A stretch of DNA of 64,000 nucleotides from Synechococcus sp. GTDB lineage: Bacteria > Cyanobacteriota > Cyanobacteriia > PCC-6307 > Cyanobiaceae. The notes under the pieces are model-generated. The model was given only the letters and a program-made list of their open reading frames with translations. It searched no databases and had not been told where the DNA came from. Position 1 is the stretch's first letter, and every line of letters begins with the position of its first letter. Position numbers and translations under genes: made by a program. Shown here in pieces: positions 61,718 through 64,000 of the stretch. Location: assembly GCA_047285805.1 (NCBI GenBank), contig JBJBCN010000002.1, positions 352,001 to 416,000 of the forward strand, written 5' to 3'.

Positions 61718-62602
61718 TTGAGCGAACGTTCTGCTGATCGCACCGACGCCTTGCGGGTGTCGGTCCTGAGTGAAGCCCTTCCCTATATCCAGCGTTTCTC
61801 CGGCCGTCGAGTCGTCGTTAAGTACGGCGGTGCGGCCATGGTCCGTGAAGATCTGCGTGATGCGGTCTATCGCGATTTGGTGCTTCTGGCTTCGGTCGGG
61901 GTGAAGCCCGTGGTGGTCCATGGCGGTGGGCCTGAAATCAATGAGTGGCTGGGGCGCTTGAACATCGAGCCACAATTCCGCAATGGCTTACGGGTGACCT
62001 GCCCCGACACCATGGATGTGGTGGAGATGGTTCTGGTGGGCCGCGTCAATAAGCAAATTGTCAATGGCTTGAATCGCCTCGGTGCTCGGGCCGTTGGCCT
62101 CTCCGGCAGCGATGGGCCGCTGGTGCGGGCCCGCACCTATGGCGACGGTGCCAATGGCCTCGTGGGGGATGTGGCTGCGGTGGATCCCTCGGTGCTCTTC
62201 CCCCTGTTGGACGCTGGCTACATCCCCGTTATCTCCTCGGTGGCCGCTGATGGGGAGGGCCAAGCCCACAACATCAATGCCGACACAGTTGCCGGCGAGT
62301 TGGCTGCGGCCTTGGAAGCGGAGAAGTTGATCCTGCTCACCGACACCCCAGGCATCCTGCGCGACCGGGAGGATCCCAGCTCCCTGATTCGCTCCGTCAG
62401 CCTCTCCGGGGCCCGCGAGCTGATTAGTTCAGGGGTTGTGGCCGGTGGCATGACCCCGAAGACTGAGTGCTGTATTCGCGCCTTGGCTCAGGGCGTCGCC
62501 GCTGCCCACATCGTCGATGGACGAACCCCCCACGCGCTGCTGCTGGAGGTGTTCACCGATGCAGGCATCGGCACGATGGTCACGGGCCGCTCCAACTTCT
62601 AG
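61718..62602 (+). CDS. argB: Acetylglutamate kinase
   Basis: VVKYGG, VHGGGP, NINAD, GGMTPK; start uncertain. Confidence 0.95.
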   Translation: MSERSADRTDALRVSVLSEALPYIQRFSGRRVVVKYGGAAMVREDLRDAVYRDLVLLASVGVKPVVVHGGGPEINEWLGRLNIEPQFRNGLRVTCPDTMDVVEMVLVGRVNKQIVNGLNRLGARAVGLSGSDGPLVRARTYGDGANGLVGDVAAVDPSVLFPLLDAGYIPVISSVAADGEGQAHNINADTVAGELAAALEAEKLILLTDTPGILRDREDPSSLIRSVSLSGARELISSGVVAGGMTPKTECCIRALAQGVAAAHIVDGRTPHALLLEVFTDAGIGTMVTGRSNF

Positions 62603-63745
62603 GTGCCTGTGGAGGACCCCAGCTCAGAGCCGGCGGCGGATCCCGCGGCGCTGCTCCCGGCGCGTGCTGCCCTGGAGCGGGGGGACTACGGCAGTTGTGA
62701 GCGGTTGCTGAGCCCCCTCCTGGAGGCCCATGGGCCAGTTACCCCGTTTGGGGGTGAAGTGCGCCTGCTCTTGGCCACGGCCCAACTGGGCCGTGGGGAC
62801 AATCAGGCCGCGGCAGTGACCTGTCGAAGCCTGCGCGCCTGCCGCGACAACACCCTGCGCATCCAGGCCAAGGGGCTTCAGGAGATTCTTGATGCTCCCT
62901 CACTGGTTAGGCCCAGGGAATGGTCCATGACCCTCCCGAGTCTTGGGGAGATGAAACCGCTTGAGGGCGAGCTCAAGGCCATGGCCAGGCAACGGCGCCG
63001 CCGCCGACGTCCCCCTGAGCCGCCGCCGCCGCCCACCGGACCCACCCAGGCCCCATGGGGTTTTGCTGTGGTGGCGATCCTGCTGCTGCTCATCACCGCG
63101 TTGCTCGGGGGCTGCGTTGATCTGGAGACCCGGCTTCACTTCCCGGCCCCGGGGCGTTTGCAGTTCGAGCAACGTAGCCAGTCGTTGACCGATCAGTCCC
63201 TCCCTTGGCAGGCCCAGTGGCGCCAGACGCTTCGCGGCCGCTCCTTGAAGGTGCATCAAGACCATGGACTCCTCGAGGTGCGCTCCCCGGTCTTGCCCGC
63301 TGCTCAAGCCCTCGGGCTCCTCCAGGACACCCTTGCGCAGGGTGCCGAGTTGGCCAATCTCGATCTCCCCGCCCCCGAGTTGCAGCTCAGCGAGCGCAAC
63401 TGGTTGATCGGGGTCCGCCAGCATCTCGTCCTTCGCTTCGACCTGGATGCGCTGCAACCCCTCCCTGGCCTGAAGCTGAGCGTCGACATGGACCCCATGG
63501 CCCTGCGTGCGATCCAGGCCTCGGGTCCGAATCCCGCCGAGGCCATCCGCCGCGCCAAAGACGAGCCCGAGGCCGTCCGCTGGCGCCTGCAGCCAGGCTC
63601 TGTAAACACCCTCCAGCTCTCCTGTTGGCGTTGGAACAAGCTCGGCCTGGGAACCGTTGCGATCACGCTCCTGCTTCTCCTAGTGGCCTTGCTGCAGCGG
63701 TTGCGGTTGGCCGCTGGCTTTGGCCTGCCCCAACTACCGGCCTAG
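62603..63745 (+). CDS. DUF3153-like protein with TPR-like N-terminus
   Basis: ALERGDY, LLGGCV, ERNWLIG motifs; C-terminal TM segment. Confidence 0.7.
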   Translation: MPVEDPSSEPAADPAALLPARAALERGDYGSCERLLSPLLEAHGPVTPFGGEVRLLLATAQLGRGDNQAAAVTCRSLRACRDNTLRIQAKGLQEILDAPSLVRPREWSMTLPSLGEMKPLEGELKAMARQRRRRRRPPEPPPPPTGPTQAPWGFAVVAILLLLITALLGGCVDLETRLHFPAPGRLQFEQRSQSLTDQSLPWQAQWRQTLRGRSLKVHQDHGLLEVRSPVLPAAQALGLLQDTLAQGAELANLDLPAPELQLSERNWLIGVRQHLVLRFDLDALQPLPGLKLSVDMDPMALRAIQASGPNPAEAIRRAKDEPEAVRWRLQPGSVNTLQLSCWRWNKLGLGTVAITLLLLLVALLQRLRLAAGFGLPQLPA

Positions 63746-64000
63746 AGCTCCAGCGGGTCGGGATCGATGGCCAGGCTGACGTCGCCGGGTAAGAGCGCCC
63801 TGAGCTCGGTCTCCATCGGAAGCGGCAGATCGGAGCCGGCGGGTCCATGCAGCAGCAGTTGCCAGCGGCTATTGCCGGCCACCCGTGCCACCGGTGCCGG
63901 AGCCGGCCCGATCAAGAGCCAGCCGTGTTGCATCAGTTGTGTGCGCAGGTGTTCGGCGAGGCTGGAGGCTGCGGTTGCGGTCCGGCTTGCGGAGGGCCCG
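63742..64000 (-). CDS. priA: Primosomal protein N' (3' end; partial)
   Basis: IGPAPAPVARV..RWQLLL...IDPDP C-terminal signature. Confidence 0.85.
   Translation of the reverse strand, partial: GPSASRTATAASSLAEHLRTQLMQHGWLLIGPAPAPVARVAGNSRWQLLLHGPAGSDLPLPMETELRALLPGDVSLAIDPDPLEL

Overview
The window is from a GC-rich picocyanobacterium (Synechococcus/Cyanobium type). Most of it is core genome: trpF, folE, accA, the aar/ado alkane genes, rps1b, ilvB, hemH, cobO, pyrH, frr, tal, ftsI, lepB, ppa, proS, psb27, purA, cobK, argB and the 3' end of priA. The main feature is a ~14.5 kb integrative element (about 20287-34800) that splits an M23 metallopeptidase gene lying between hemH and ilvB. The 5' half (HRGLD motif) is at 34798-35044 and the 3' half (HLH motif) is at 20009-20289. 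Joining them at a shared GGT/ACC trinucleotide restores one 174-aa reading frame. The element encodes a large serine recombinase about 60 bp inside one junction, a small serine resolvase and two replication-initiator-like proteins, one with internal palindromic iteron-like repeats. It also holds helically phased repeats and a ~2 kb zone saturated in TCAAC/GTTGA. Its cargo is mostly metal homeostasis: a CDF exporter, a cobalamin riboswitch ahead of hupE/ureJ-zupT-porin, and two DUF3721-like proteins. No tRNA, rRNA or CRISPR array was seen. Gene calls come from motif recognition, not database searches, and several start codons are best estimates.
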